Source: a bacterium (GTDB lineage: Bacteria > Patescibacteriota > Minisyncoccia > Phycocordibacterales > UBA6899). From it: a DNA stretch of 64,000 nt. Positions 55,301-63,496 of the stretch are shown piece by piece. The stretch covers positions 135,338 through 199,337 of the forward strand of contig JAJZQJ010000001.1 of the NCBI GenBank assembly GCA_021851895.1, in the 5' to 3' direction. Made by a program: the position numbers and the translations under genes. The notes beneath the pieces are model-generated. The model was not told the origin of the DNA. It did no database searches and saw only the letters and a program-made list of their open reading frames with translations. Numbering within the stretch: the stretch's first letter is position 1; each line of letters begins with the position of its first letter.

Positions 55301-55601
55301 AAATTCTGTCATTGTCGTCGCGGGACTCGTCGAGGAATACAAAGACATCCTCACGAAGAAGAACGAGCACATGGCTTTCATAAAGATCGCCGATTTCACG
55401 GGAACCATCGAGGCAGTGGTCTTCCCTCGCACACTCGCAGAGTTCAAAGACCTACTCTCGCTCGATAAGTGTATCGCAGTCAAAGCGAAATTCAGTCGTC
55501 GCAACGACCAGCCGAGTATACTCATCGAAAAAGTGAAATCTTTGGATGATAATACAGCACCAGCGACAAGTGAAAGCGTTCGAGATGGCGCACCATACTA
55601 A
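52335..55601 (+). CDS. dnaE: DNA polymerase III alpha subunit
   Basis: N-terminal PHP domain FVHLHTHTHYSLLDG; polymerase core and C-terminal OB fold. The ATG at 52335 is preferred (TATAAT box immediately upstream); the ORF opens at 52272. Confidence 0.9.
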   Translation: MEGSSRAPFVHLHTHTHYSLLDGLSKPHQIVKIAKEDGQPAAAITDHGAMYGAIDFYMECKKEGIKPIIGVEAYIANRTRFDKEPGIDNKRYHCTLLAKNDTGYRNLIKLTSLAYTEGYYYKPRMDKDLLRVHSEGIIALSGCPAGELGRCILNTGDKERCKEIIKEYQDIFGPENYYIEIMHHPDVEDFERWRSTLIELARELDIPLVATQDSHYPHADDARAHKTLIAISTASDITDTGIFGGEGHYHFITTDEAYKLFHDIPDAVENTSKIAERCNVEITLGKFIFPKFPLPEGKTDDEVLQELCYAGLKRRGLENDSKAKERLDYELGIIKFKGYASYFLVVEDLIRFAYENDIYTNIRGSVAGSMTTYTLGITKVNPLEYHIPFERFLNPERPSAPDIDMDFGDTRREEVLEYAKRKYGADKVAQIGTFGTMLAKGAVRDVARALGKSYDFGDRICKIIPDGAQGAPMTLDHAMELEPELKRMYDTDAETREVLNIAKKLEGTVRHVSVHAAGVVISPMPMTDMTPVQFDPKGGKLITQYDMYTVGEDGVGLTKFDFLGIRNLTILGDAVKLIKKHRGIDLDIEKIPLDDKKTFAMLSRGETVGLFQLNGAGMTKWLMELHPTSIHDINAMVALYRPGPLQFIPDYIARKKNPALIKYPHPAVKPLLERTYGVLVYQDDLLFMAHDLAGFSWGEVDKFRKAVGKKVASLMAEQKEKFIKGIVKHSNFSQKDADEIWAWIEPFASYGFNKAHSVSYGYVAYQTAYLKANYPAEYMTAVLTNEAGDTDMIAEIIHECKRMKIPVLQPDINLSYSPFTTVKGATEAEDQIRFGLFTIKGLGGAIAQAIIDEREKNGPYKSFVDLLERVQHKDLNKKSLEALIRTGAFDSLGEERGVLLHNIDDALEYHKLHRQEQESDQVSLFSLMTDKKDLPKLRIRPAKHSTADERLKWERELLGLYVTGHPLEKYRSKLDKAMPIKQLIEHGKENSVIVVAGLVEEYKDILTKKNEHMAFIKIADFTGTIEAVVFPRTLAEFKDLLSLDKCIAVKAKFSRRNDQPSILIEKVKSLDDNTAPATSESVRDGAPY

Positions 55602-55626
55602 AAACGGGGTCATCCCCGTTTTTTGC
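55601..55626 (+). terminator. Rho-independent terminator for dnaE
   Basis: AAAACGGGGTCATCCCCGTTTTTT. Confidence 0.75.
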
Positions 55627-55686
55627 TCGACAGAACTCATATTTGTGTTAAAAAATGTTAAGCAAGCACCTACACATGGAGGCATT

Positions 55687-56169
55687 ATGCGACTCCACAA
55701 TCTCCCCGTCTCCGACCTCGTGCACATCGCCAAGCATGGCATGACCGAGGAAGTTGCGACCTTCGCCGTCCGCGAGTTCATCAAACGACCCGAGGGGACG
55801 ATCCTGATGTGTTACCACATCATCCATAGCGCGCGCTACATGCCGGTAAAGATCATCGCAGAGGCTGCGCTGCTCAATCGAAAGGATGCCACACACAGAG
55901 ACATCGTATGGATCGCGCTCCATGCGCACCAGAGAACGCTTCAACTCGAGGCATTGTGGAAACTCTCCTCGATCGAGAATGTCTCAGCACTTCATTGGAG
56001 TGCGCTAGCGCGAGACGCAGAGGACAAGACGATCTCGCTCCGAGCACAAGAGCATCTCGTCATGCACGAAAAAGCAAATGCCGACGACCTCCTCTTTCTT
56101 GATGAAAACGGCCTCACGGACGATATCAGGAAGAAAGCACAAGAGCGCCTCCGTGACATCTTCGAATAA
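55687..56169 (+). CDS. Hypothetical alpha-helical protein
   Basis: ATG at 55687 preceded by GGAGG; 160 aa; no family recognised. Confidence 0.4.
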   Translation: MRLHNLPVSDLVHIAKHGMTEEVATFAVREFIKRPEGTILMCYHIIHSARYMPVKIIAEAALLNRKDATHRDIVWIALHAHQRTLQLEALWKLSSIENVSALHWSALARDAEDKTISLRAQEHLVMHEKANADDLLFLDENGLTDDIRKKAQERLRDIFE

Positions 56170-56184
56170 CGCATTCCTTGAAAC

Positions 56185-56211
56185 AAAAACACAACCGAGG
56201 TTGTGTTTTTT
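56185..56211. terminator. Bidirectional terminator
   Basis: AAAAACACAACCGAGGTTGTGTTTTTT. Confidence 0.7.
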
Positions 56212-56771
56212 CACTCGCCGATCTCTATTTGCGCACCCTTTGAGAGCGTAGGTGCTGCTTCTGTCGATGAAACCGGTGCGGCGTCCTCAATTACGTTCGG
56301 CGCAGACGCAGGTTCATCCTTCGGGGCGACTGGCCCATCCTTCGGGAGTACAGCACCGATCACTGCGGACGCATGCTCATCCTCGCTCGGCATGGGAGCA
56401 ACAGACTGCACGACCTCTGCTGCAACAGCATGATCATTTATATCTTTTACGCTCGGGAGCACCATAAGTATGAAGAGCCAGATCCAACCGATCATCGGTA
56501 TGAATCCGACAAGTGCCCACCAGCCACTATGACCTGAGTCATGAAGGCGGCGCACGGTGAGTGTTAATGAGGGGAGGAATACTGCGAGCAGGTAGACCAT
56601 CGACAAAAACATGAAGACATTCACGTGCGTAAGGAGCGCGAGGAGTCCGCCGATAAATTGCATGAGCAAAAACACGAAGAAATTGAACAACGTGAACATC
56701 CAAAATTCGGTCCTACTTGCTCTTCCCGCAAATTGCGTGTACCTCTTCAACACATCGACATAGTAATGCAT
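56211..56771 (-). CDS. DUF805-family membrane protein with Pro/Ala-rich C-terminal tail
   Basis: YTQFAGRASRTEFWMFTLFNFFVFLL matches the DUF805 N-terminal signature; three TM helices. Confidence 0.55.
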   Translation of the reverse strand: MHYYVDVLKRYTQFAGRASRTEFWMFTLFNFFVFLLMQFIGGLLALLTHVNVFMFLSMVYLLAVFLPSLTLTVRRLHDSGHSGWWALVGFIPMIGWIWLFILMVLPSVKDINDHAVAAEVVQSVAPMPSEDEHASAVIGAVLPKDGPVAPKDEPASAPNVIEDAAPVSSTEAAPTLSKGAQIEIGE

Positions 56772-56832
56772 ACATATTGATTACTCGAATAAATGCATCG
56801 CACTTTACGATTATAACACGAATGGAAACTGC

Positions 56833-57831
56833 CTACTTACGAATCGCAGACATGATCGTGGCTGCTACCTTGTGCGGATCGTGACGCAGGAGGCTTCTTC
56901 GTGATACATCTCCCTTCTCTTCGATCACCGGCTCACTGCGCAAGAGGTCTGCACGTATGATATGTGACGCTTTTGGAAGGTCGTCGAAAAATGGAAACTC
57001 GTGTTCTCCTGCATAATGTTCAAGAAGCTCCTTTGGGAATGCTGTCGAATTGAGCAAAATGAGGTCTGCACTCCTCCCAGAATAACGCTCCAATTCCTTG
57101 AGCTGCGCAGAGAGTGTCATCTTCGATGTCTGTGCTGCTTTTGTCATAAGGCTCGGTATGACAACGATCGAGGCATCAGAGAGCTCTAGTGCCTCCCTAA
57201 TTCCTGGCACGACGAGGTTCGCGATCGTGCTCGTATAAAGATCACCGGGACCCAGTATGATATGTGTCGCTTCATGGATCGCCTCACGCGCGAAACGACT
57301 TGCAGGTACTTCAGGCTCTATCCATATACGCTCTATTCTCGTCGTCGGAGGGAGATGCAGGCCATTCATATCGATGATCGACTCACCCTCAGCAATGACC
57401 CCACCTTCATAACGTGCGAGAAGATTCAATTTTTCCCCAGCGACAGGGATGACATTTCCACAAACATGCAATAATTTTCCTGCGGCGAGCAATGCTTGCT
57501 CCTCACTACCCAGGAGATCGGTAAGCGCCGTCAAGAAAAGGTTACCGAAATTATGCCCTGCGAGCCCGTCCCCTTTTTCGAATCGATACTGAAAAAGATC
57601 GCGAAGTAATGACTCAGAATCATTATCTGCTGAAAGTGCGGTAAGCGCCATGCGAGAATCACCGACGGGGAGAAACCCGAAAGCATCACGGAGTCTCCCT
57701 GTACTTCCACCAGTATCTGCGACAGTGACGACGGCAGAGAGTTCCACCTCCGGAACATATTTCTTTAAACCAGAGAGAAGCATGTGCGTGCCCGTTCCTC
57801 CGCCGATCGTGACGATGCGTAATTGCTTCAT
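56833..57831 (-). CDS. YvcK/CofD-like gluconeogenesis-factor family protein (UPF0052)
   Basis: IVTIGGGTGTHMLLSGLKKY N-terminal signature. Start ambiguous (TTG at 57846 or ATG at 57831). Confidence 0.7.
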   Translation of the reverse strand: MKQLRIVTIGGGTGTHMLLSGLKKYVPEVELSAVVTVADTGGSTGRLRDAFGFLPVGDSRMALTALSADNDSESLLRDLFQYRFEKGDGLAGHNFGNLFLTALTDLLGSEEQALLAAGKLLHVCGNVIPVAGEKLNLLARYEGGVIAEGESIIDMNGLHLPPTTRIERIWIEPEVPASRFAREAIHEATHIILGPGDLYTSTIANLVVPGIREALELSDASIVVIPSLMTKAAQTSKMTLSAQLKELERYSGRSADLILLNSTAFPKELLEHYAGEHEFPFFDDLPKASHIIRADLLRSEPVIEEKGDVSRRSLLRHDPHKVAATIMSAIRK

Positions 57832-57912
57832 ATATATTGATAACAATCATAATCGGACCGAAGTGACACCACAAGTCTTCACGAAATAGAAATATATGCC
57901 CTACTCAACATC

Positions 57913-57939
57913 AAAAAACGCCCGACGTGATCGGGCGTC
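57913..57939 (-). terminator. Rho-independent terminator
   Basis: AAAAAACGCCCGACGTGATCGGGCGT; stem plus T-run on the minus strand. Confidence 0.65.
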
Positions 57940-57944
57940 ATCGC

Positions 57945-58514
57945 TTATCCCCAACAGCTGATCGACAATCGCATCCACTGCTTTCGCCAATACGCCTTCG
58001 GGAAAATGAGCGGCTGTGCATTATAGAACGACATGAGTTCCTGGAAGTACACGAAATACTCACCCTCAAAACACCCCACTTCTTCCACGATATCCATTCT
58101 TCCCGTATTCATTGCCCAAACGCGCAGCAACGAGACACGGCTCTCGATCTCACAAAGCAAGTGTGTGAGCAGTCGGTGAGGATCTCCAGAAGCTGGCGTC
58201 CCCCAGAGACCAAAGGCCGCAGAAAGAGCGAACCGCGGACGAATTTCTCCGTCGCCGAGCGCGCAGATGGGATACCTCGGCCACTCCGATGAATCACGCG
58301 GGAAGATCCGGAGCAACAGAGGATCATTCATATACTGACCGAGGTAGAACTCGGAACTGAGATTCACTTGGATCTTATTCGGTCCGTAAGAGAAGAACAC
58401 GGTCTGCGCGAACGGGCACGTGAGCAAATCAGAAAGTTTCACCCAGAAACGCTCAGAGAGCAAGGAATCGAAAGACTGCACTGCGTTTTCGAAAATCGAA
58501 CGCTCAGGCTTCAT
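57945..58514 (-). CDS. Hypothetical protein
   Basis: 189-aa ORF with downstream terminator; no family recognised. Confidence 0.35.
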   Translation of the reverse strand: MKPERSIFENAVQSFDSLLSERFWVKLSDLLTCPFAQTVFFSYGPNKIQVNLSSEFYLGQYMNDPLLLRIFPRDSSEWPRYPICALGDGEIRPRFALSAAFGLWGTPASGDPHRLLTHLLCEIESRVSLLRVWAMNTGRMDIVEEVGCFEGEYFVYFQELMSFYNAQPLIFPKAYWRKQWMRLSISCWG

Positions 58515-58635
58515 CTCTTCCTCCTGGTTACATCTATGATAACCCTACAACACATATTTAGGGAGCGCAAGTGCCTACACAAGAAAAGGCGTCTCACTGT
58601 TCCCCGTTACTGCTTTGTGCTAATATGAGTGAACC

Positions 58636-60375
58636 ATGGATAAGCTACACAATATTCGCCATACGCTCGCCCACCTACTTGCCTCGGCGGCAAAGGAATT
58701 CGATCCCGGAGTACAATTCGGAATCGGACCGGTGACTGATGATGGCTTCTATTACGACCTCCTCTTCTCCGAGAACAAAACACCCACACCCGATGACTTG
58801 AAGACCCTCCAGCGATCGATGCAGAGGCTCATCAACAAAAAACTCCCGATGGAAGGGAAAGAACTCTCTCATAAAGAGGGTCTCGAATTCTTCAAAGATC
58901 AGCCGATGAAACTCGAACTCATCAACGAATTTTCGAGTGATGGCAAGACCATGACGACATATTCTGTCGGCGATTTCACCGATCTTTGCAAAGGAGGTCA
59001 TGTCTCGAATACAAGCGAAATAGATCCAGAGGCATTCAAACTCACAAAGATCGCTGGTGCCTATTGGCGCGGAGACCAGAACAATCGCATGCTTACGCGC
59101 ATCTATGGCGTTGCTTTCGAGACGAAAGACGAACTCAATGACCACCTCACGATGCTCGAAGAGGCAAAAAAGCGTGACCACCGCAAGCTCGGTAAAGAGC
59201 TCGGCCTCTTCACCTTTTCAGATCTTGTCGGGCCAGGATTGCCTCTCTGGACTCCAAAAGGTACCCTTCTTCGCGAGTCACTCAATGATTATGTCTGGAA
59301 ACTCCGCGGTGCAAAGGGATATGAGCGCGTAGCGATACCGCATATCACAAAATCAGATCTCTATAAGACATCAGGACATTGGGCAAAATATGCAGATGAC
59401 CTCTTCAAGATAAACACTCGCGAAGGACATCAGTACTGCATGAAGCCAATGAACTGCCCACACCACACGCAGATCTTCGATGCAGAGCCACGAAGCTATC
59501 GCGACATGCCACAGCGTTACGCAGAGACGACGATGGTCTATCGCGACGAACAATCCGGAGAAGTCTCTGGTCTCACTCGAGTACTCTCGATCACTCAAGA
59601 TGATGCTCACGTCTTCTGCAGAGAGAATCAGCTCAAAGATGAGGTGAATGCGATCTGGGACATCATTACGACGTTCTATGGCACATTCGGTTTCAAGCTT
59701 GTACCACGTTTCTCAAGGAGAGATATGTCCACTCCAGAAAAATACATGGGTGGTACCGATACTTGGGACAGAGCAGAAGGTGCGATCAAAGACATCCTTG
59801 AGGCGCATCACGCAGAATGGATCGATGGCCCTGGTGAGGCAGCATTCTACGGCCCAAAGATAGATTTCATGGCAAAGGACTCTATCGGAAGGACGCACCA
59901 GGTTGCGACCATCCAAGTAGACTTCATACAGCCGACCAACTTTGGGCTCGTCTGTACGAACGAGAAGGGAGAGAAAGAACCAGTGGTCATGATCCACTGT
60001 GCGATCATGGGTTCCATTGAACGCTTTCTTGCTGTCTATATCGAGCACTCTGCAGGAAACTTCCCTCTCTGGCTCGCCCCAACGCAACTCGCAATTCTTC
60101 CGGTTAGTGAGAAACACAAGGATGCTGCAGCGCATCTCACAAAGATCCTTCGAGAGCACGGCATCAGAGTACTCGAAGAATCAAGTGACGACTCTCTTGG
60201 AAAGCGCATGCGCAAGGCGAAGACAGATAAGATCCCCGCATGGATCGTCATCGGTGACAACGAAGTCACAACGGAGACCTTTGCGCTCGAATGGAGAGAA
60301 GGCGGCAAAGAACCTCACGTCAGCGAAAAGGAATTGATCTATATGCTCAAGGATCGTATAGATCAAAAGAAATAA
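58636..60375 (+). CDS. thrS: Threonyl-tRNA synthetase lacking the N-terminal TGS domain
   Basis: Begins at the N2 editing domain (RHTLAHLLASAA...GIGPVTDDGFYYDL); class II core (MKPMNCPHHTQIF...); anticodon-binding domain. 579 aa against about 640 for canonical ThrRS. Confidence 0.85.
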   Translation: MDKLHNIRHTLAHLLASAAKEFDPGVQFGIGPVTDDGFYYDLLFSENKTPTPDDLKTLQRSMQRLINKKLPMEGKELSHKEGLEFFKDQPMKLELINEFSSDGKTMTTYSVGDFTDLCKGGHVSNTSEIDPEAFKLTKIAGAYWRGDQNNRMLTRIYGVAFETKDELNDHLTMLEEAKKRDHRKLGKELGLFTFSDLVGPGLPLWTPKGTLLRESLNDYVWKLRGAKGYERVAIPHITKSDLYKTSGHWAKYADDLFKINTREGHQYCMKPMNCPHHTQIFDAEPRSYRDMPQRYAETTMVYRDEQSGEVSGLTRVLSITQDDAHVFCRENQLKDEVNAIWDIITTFYGTFGFKLVPRFSRRDMSTPEKYMGGTDTWDRAEGAIKDILEAHHAEWIDGPGEAAFYGPKIDFMAKDSIGRTHQVATIQVDFIQPTNFGLVCTNEKGEKEPVVMIHCAIMGSIERFLAVYIEHSAGNFPLWLAPTQLAILPVSEKHKDAAAHLTKILREHGIRVLEESSDDSLGKRMRKAKTDKIPAWIVIGDNEVTTETFALEWREGGKEPHVSEKELIYMLKDRIDQKK

Positions 60376-60405
60376 AAACAACAGCACTATTGTGCTGTTG
60401 TTTTT
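60375..60405. terminator. Bidirectional terminator
   Basis: AAAAACAACAGCACTATTGTGCTGTTGTTTTT. Confidence 0.7.
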
Positions 60406-60986
60406 CTCGCCTCCAGATACTCACGGACCACAGGGACGAATGAAATGATGATGATCACTATGACTATCGGATAGAGAAAACGCTCTGGATTCGGAATAAC
60501 ACTCCCCAGGCCAAAACCAAAGAGAAAGATCGAGAGTGTCCATGCAACTCCCCCAATGACGTTATATGAAAAGAAATCACGATAGGGCATCTTGCCGATA
60601 CCCGCGACTATAGGAACGAATGTGCGTATGATCGGAAGAAAACGAGCGAGCACAAGTGCTTTTTTACCGTGCTTCACGAAGAAGTGGTGTGCATCAACTG
60701 CATACCTTGGCTTAAAGAAGCGAGACTCTGGGCGAGAAAATAACGTCGGACCGACCTTTTTCCCAAACCAGTAGCCAACAGAATCACCAAGCACTGCCGC
60801 AAAAGGAAGGGTCAGCAATAATAACCAAAATGGAAGAACCCCCGTCGAGGAGAGCAATCCCGCGGTAAAGAGCAGACTGTCGCCAGGAAGGAAAAAACCG
60901 AAGAAAAGCCCCGACTCAGCAAAAATGATACTAAGGACGCCGAGTGTACCTACCGCGCTGATAAGCGCGATCAAATCAATATGCAT
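60387..60986 (-). CDS. DedA/SNARE-associated (VTT domain) membrane protein
   Basis: FFLPGDSLLFTAG...LARFLPIIRTFVPIVAGIGKMPY are typical DedA motifs. Confidence 0.75.
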   Translation of the reverse strand: MHIDLIALISAVGTLGVLSIIFAESGLFFGFFLPGDSLLFTAGLLSSTGVLPFWLLLLTLPFAAVLGDSVGYWFGKKVGPTLFSRPESRFFKPRYAVDAHHFFVKHGKKALVLARFLPIIRTFVPIVAGIGKMPYRDFFSYNVIGGVAWTLSIFLFGFGLGSVIPNPERFLYPIVIVIIIISFVPVVREYLEARKTTAQ

Positions 60987-61031
60987 GGGAACAATATACA
61001 GGGAAATATGCGCTCCGTAAACAACATTTCA

Positions 61032-62303
61032 TCAATGTACACCGCCGTCGTCTTCTTTAGTACCATTTTCCTTCATACGCAACTCCTCCTCAAGATGGTG
61101 TACGCGCTCCTTAAGCTCACGCATGCGTAACTCTCTATTCACCATGAAGGCGTTCAAACGCTCCGCCTCCTCTGTCTTTGCTGCAAGATGCTCCGTGCGC
61201 TCCGCGATCCGCTCCTCGAGTCCTAGCCTTAACATGCGGACATGATGTGCCATTGCATTCATCGTCTCGCCAACCGTGTCGAACTCATTATTCGCGCTCG
61301 TATTCACCCATGAATTTTGTTCACCTTTTGCGATACGTTGTGCATTCTCACTCAGAGAGCGTAAGGGCGCGAATATCTTTGTCCTCACAATGATCACTTC
61401 GTTCACAAAAAGGAAGATAATGATGAAAAAGATAAACCCTATGAATGCGTACATGGCATCGAGCTGTCCATAGAGTGCTGCGAGAGGCTCCTCAACGACG
61501 ATAGCCCACCCCGACAAACGTATCGGTGACCATGCACTCGACATCGCAACGCCGTCCTCCTCCTTGTATTCACTCACGACACGCTTCTTCTCGACAAAGT
61601 TGCGCACCCCAGGCACCGAAGCGATCGTTGTCGTGCTCTCCCCATCGGTCTTACGTGAGAGCAGTACATCTCCTGTCTTGTCGATGATATAGGCATCACC
61701 GAATTGGTAATCTGCCAAAATCTCCCAGTAGACACTGATGTCATAAGTCACCATGAGCACGCCGATCTGTTCTCCTGATTTTCCATACACTGGAAAATGG
61801 ACGGTTTCTTGCATATATCCACTGCTCCCCATCTCCGCATCATCAAAGCGCACTGTTGTTGGTAGCGCGAGCATCTGCATCTCTTTCATGGGATAAGATG
61901 AAGCGGTCTTTATCTCCCACACCATTTGCAAACTTGCGTCAACGAAAGACACCGAGAGAATGGCTCGATCACTGTCGATCAGGGTATGGATCACTTCAAG
62001 ATTCTTCGCGTCGATCTGTGCACTCGATAAACGCGCAATGATACTCCCTATGGCGACACTGTGTTCAAGCCCCTGCTCCACCCTCAGCGCGATCCCATCT
62101 GCATGTGATTGTGGAATGACCTGAGTCGAGGCACTCGCACGATCTTGTACAATGTAGGTTGCGACAAGCAGCAAGAAAATGACCGCAACAACGAAGATAC
62201 CAAAAGGAAGCCCAAGCTGCACCGAAAGTCGCTTGCGTGTTCTTTGAGCAAGGGTCACATTTTCAGTCGACTTTTTTTCACTTGAATTGAACTGCATACT
62301 CAA
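61032..62303 (-). CDS. Membrane sensor protein: extracellular Cache-like domain - TM - HAMP - coiled coil, with no output domain
   Basis: N-terminal TM, roughly 230-aa extracellular region, second TM (FIGFIFFIIIFLFVNEVIIV), HAMP-like IFAPLRSLSENAQRIAKGE...FDTVGETMNAM, then coiled coil ending MVNRELRMRELKERVHHLEEELR. Confidence 0.55.
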   Translation of the reverse strand: MSMQFNSSEKKSTENVTLAQRTRKRLSVQLGLPFGIFVVAVIFLLLVATYIVQDRASASTQVIPQSHADGIALRVEQGLEHSVAIGSIIARLSSAQIDAKNLEVIHTLIDSDRAILSVSFVDASLQMVWEIKTASSYPMKEMQMLALPTTVRFDDAEMGSSGYMQETVHFPVYGKSGEQIGVLMVTYDISVYWEILADYQFGDAYIIDKTGDVLLSRKTDGESTTTIASVPGVRNFVEKKRVVSEYKEEDGVAMSSAWSPIRLSGWAIVVEEPLAALYGQLDAMYAFIGFIFFIIIFLFVNEVIIVRTKIFAPLRSLSENAQRIAKGEQNSWVNTSANNEFDTVGETMNAMAHHVRMLRLGLEERIAERTEHLAAKTEEAERLNAFMVNRELRMRELKERVHHLEEELRMKENGTKEDDGGVH

Positions 62304-63496
62304 AGATTATTTTCTATCACACGCATAAAGTCCCATGTGTTCTTATTGAAATGAAACACACTGGTCATATTATTTTCGATATCTCCCCTCGAATCGAAAT
62401 TAGCGAGACCGAAAATCGTATCGAAGTCCTTTATGTTTCGAAATGCAGACAATACGCCCGCACGCGACCCATCACTCGTTCTTATGGAGTCCAAGATCAT
62501 ACGCATGGCCTCATAAGCGAACCCCGCATACGCATCGGGCTCCTCGTTATATACACGCATGTATTCTTGCAAGAAATGTAAGGCTTGTATGTTCTTTTGA
62601 TCCCTCGCAGCGACCCCTGGTGCAGTGGTATATACGCTATTGTCATTCGGTAGGATCACTTTCTCAAAATCAGCACCCTTGAACTCTGCGCCTATGAATA
62701 CCCCTTTATAGCCACCCTTTCTCAGCTCCAAGTAGACTTGTTGTAGCCCTTTATTGTCGTCCGAGCCCACATAAACCGCATCGGGATCTTCTGTTATGAT
62801 CTTTGTGACAAGATCCTTCGACACCGTTTCACTGTGTATAACGTCCTGGAAGAGCACATTCATACCTATGTCTCGCGCACGCGTGCTGAAAAGTTTTGCA
62901 GCTCCGGCACCAAACACCCCTTCATCACTCAATACAACAACCGTCTGCTTCTTGAGCCCCCGAAGAAACAATGCAGCAGATGGACCCTGTATTGCATCAG
63001 TCGGCGTCAGGCGAAAGAAATGCCTATTACCCGTCGGATAGAATTTTGCTGGTTCGCCCACCGCGAAACCGGGCTTCGTGAGCCCTGGCCAAGTCACCGT
63101 CCCAGAGACCTGCAACAAATGAGCCCTATTGAGTATAGGTAAAGACACTTTTGCAGCACCACTATTAAATGGTCCATAGTATGCAACAACATCTTGCCTT
63201 TTCGCGGCATTCTTCGCATTCTCGGTCTCTTTCGTTGCACTCCATGTATCTCCCTCTCCATCATCCCAATCGAGGAGCACGACATTAAGATCGCCGACTT
63301 TATTCCCCACTTCCTTGAGAGCAAGTCGTAATCCCTTTAATTGACCTGCGGAGCGATGTACGTTGTGTGGAAGTGAAGAAACGATACTGACTGTTCTCAC
63401 CTCTACGGGAAGCAAAAGGTACCAGGACAGTGCCCCGAGAAATACACACACGAGAATGATGATCGATAGATTACGCATATCAAACTGAAGTTCCAC
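62300..63496 (-). CDS. Membrane-anchored type-I periplasmic-binding-protein fold protein (paralog of 571..1827)
   Basis: N-terminal TM then PBP-I-like domain (GPFNSGAAKVSLPILN, WPGLTKPGF, HFFRLTPTD...). Start overlaps the upstream PAS gene; stop overlaps the downstream Cache-HAMP gene (4 nt). Confidence 0.55.
   Translation of the reverse strand: MELQFDMRNLSIIILVCVFLGALSWYLLLPVEVRTVSIVSSLPHNVHRSAGQLKGLRLALKEVGNKVGDLNVVLLDWDDGEGDTWSATKETENAKNAAKRQDVVAYYGPFNSGAAKVSLPILNRAHLLQVSGTVTWPGLTKPGFAVGEPAKFYPTGNRHFFRLTPTDAIQGPSAALFLRGLKKQTVVVLSDEGVFGAGAAKLFSTRARDIGMNVLFQDVIHSETVSKDLVTKIITEDPDAVYVGSDDNKGLQQVYLELRKGGYKGVFIGAEFKGADFEKVILPNDNSVYTTAPGVAARDQKNIQALHFLQEYMRVYNEEPDAYAGFAYEAMRMILDSIRTSDGSRAGVLSAFRNIKDFDTIFGLANFDSRGDIENNMTSVFHFNKNTWDFMRVIENNL

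Noticed and set aside
52392-55525. Minus-strand ORFs inside dnaE (52392..53120, 53244..53879, 53898..54521, 54531..55085)
   Set aside because: They are antisense to a well-supported dnaE ORF and have no independent signals.
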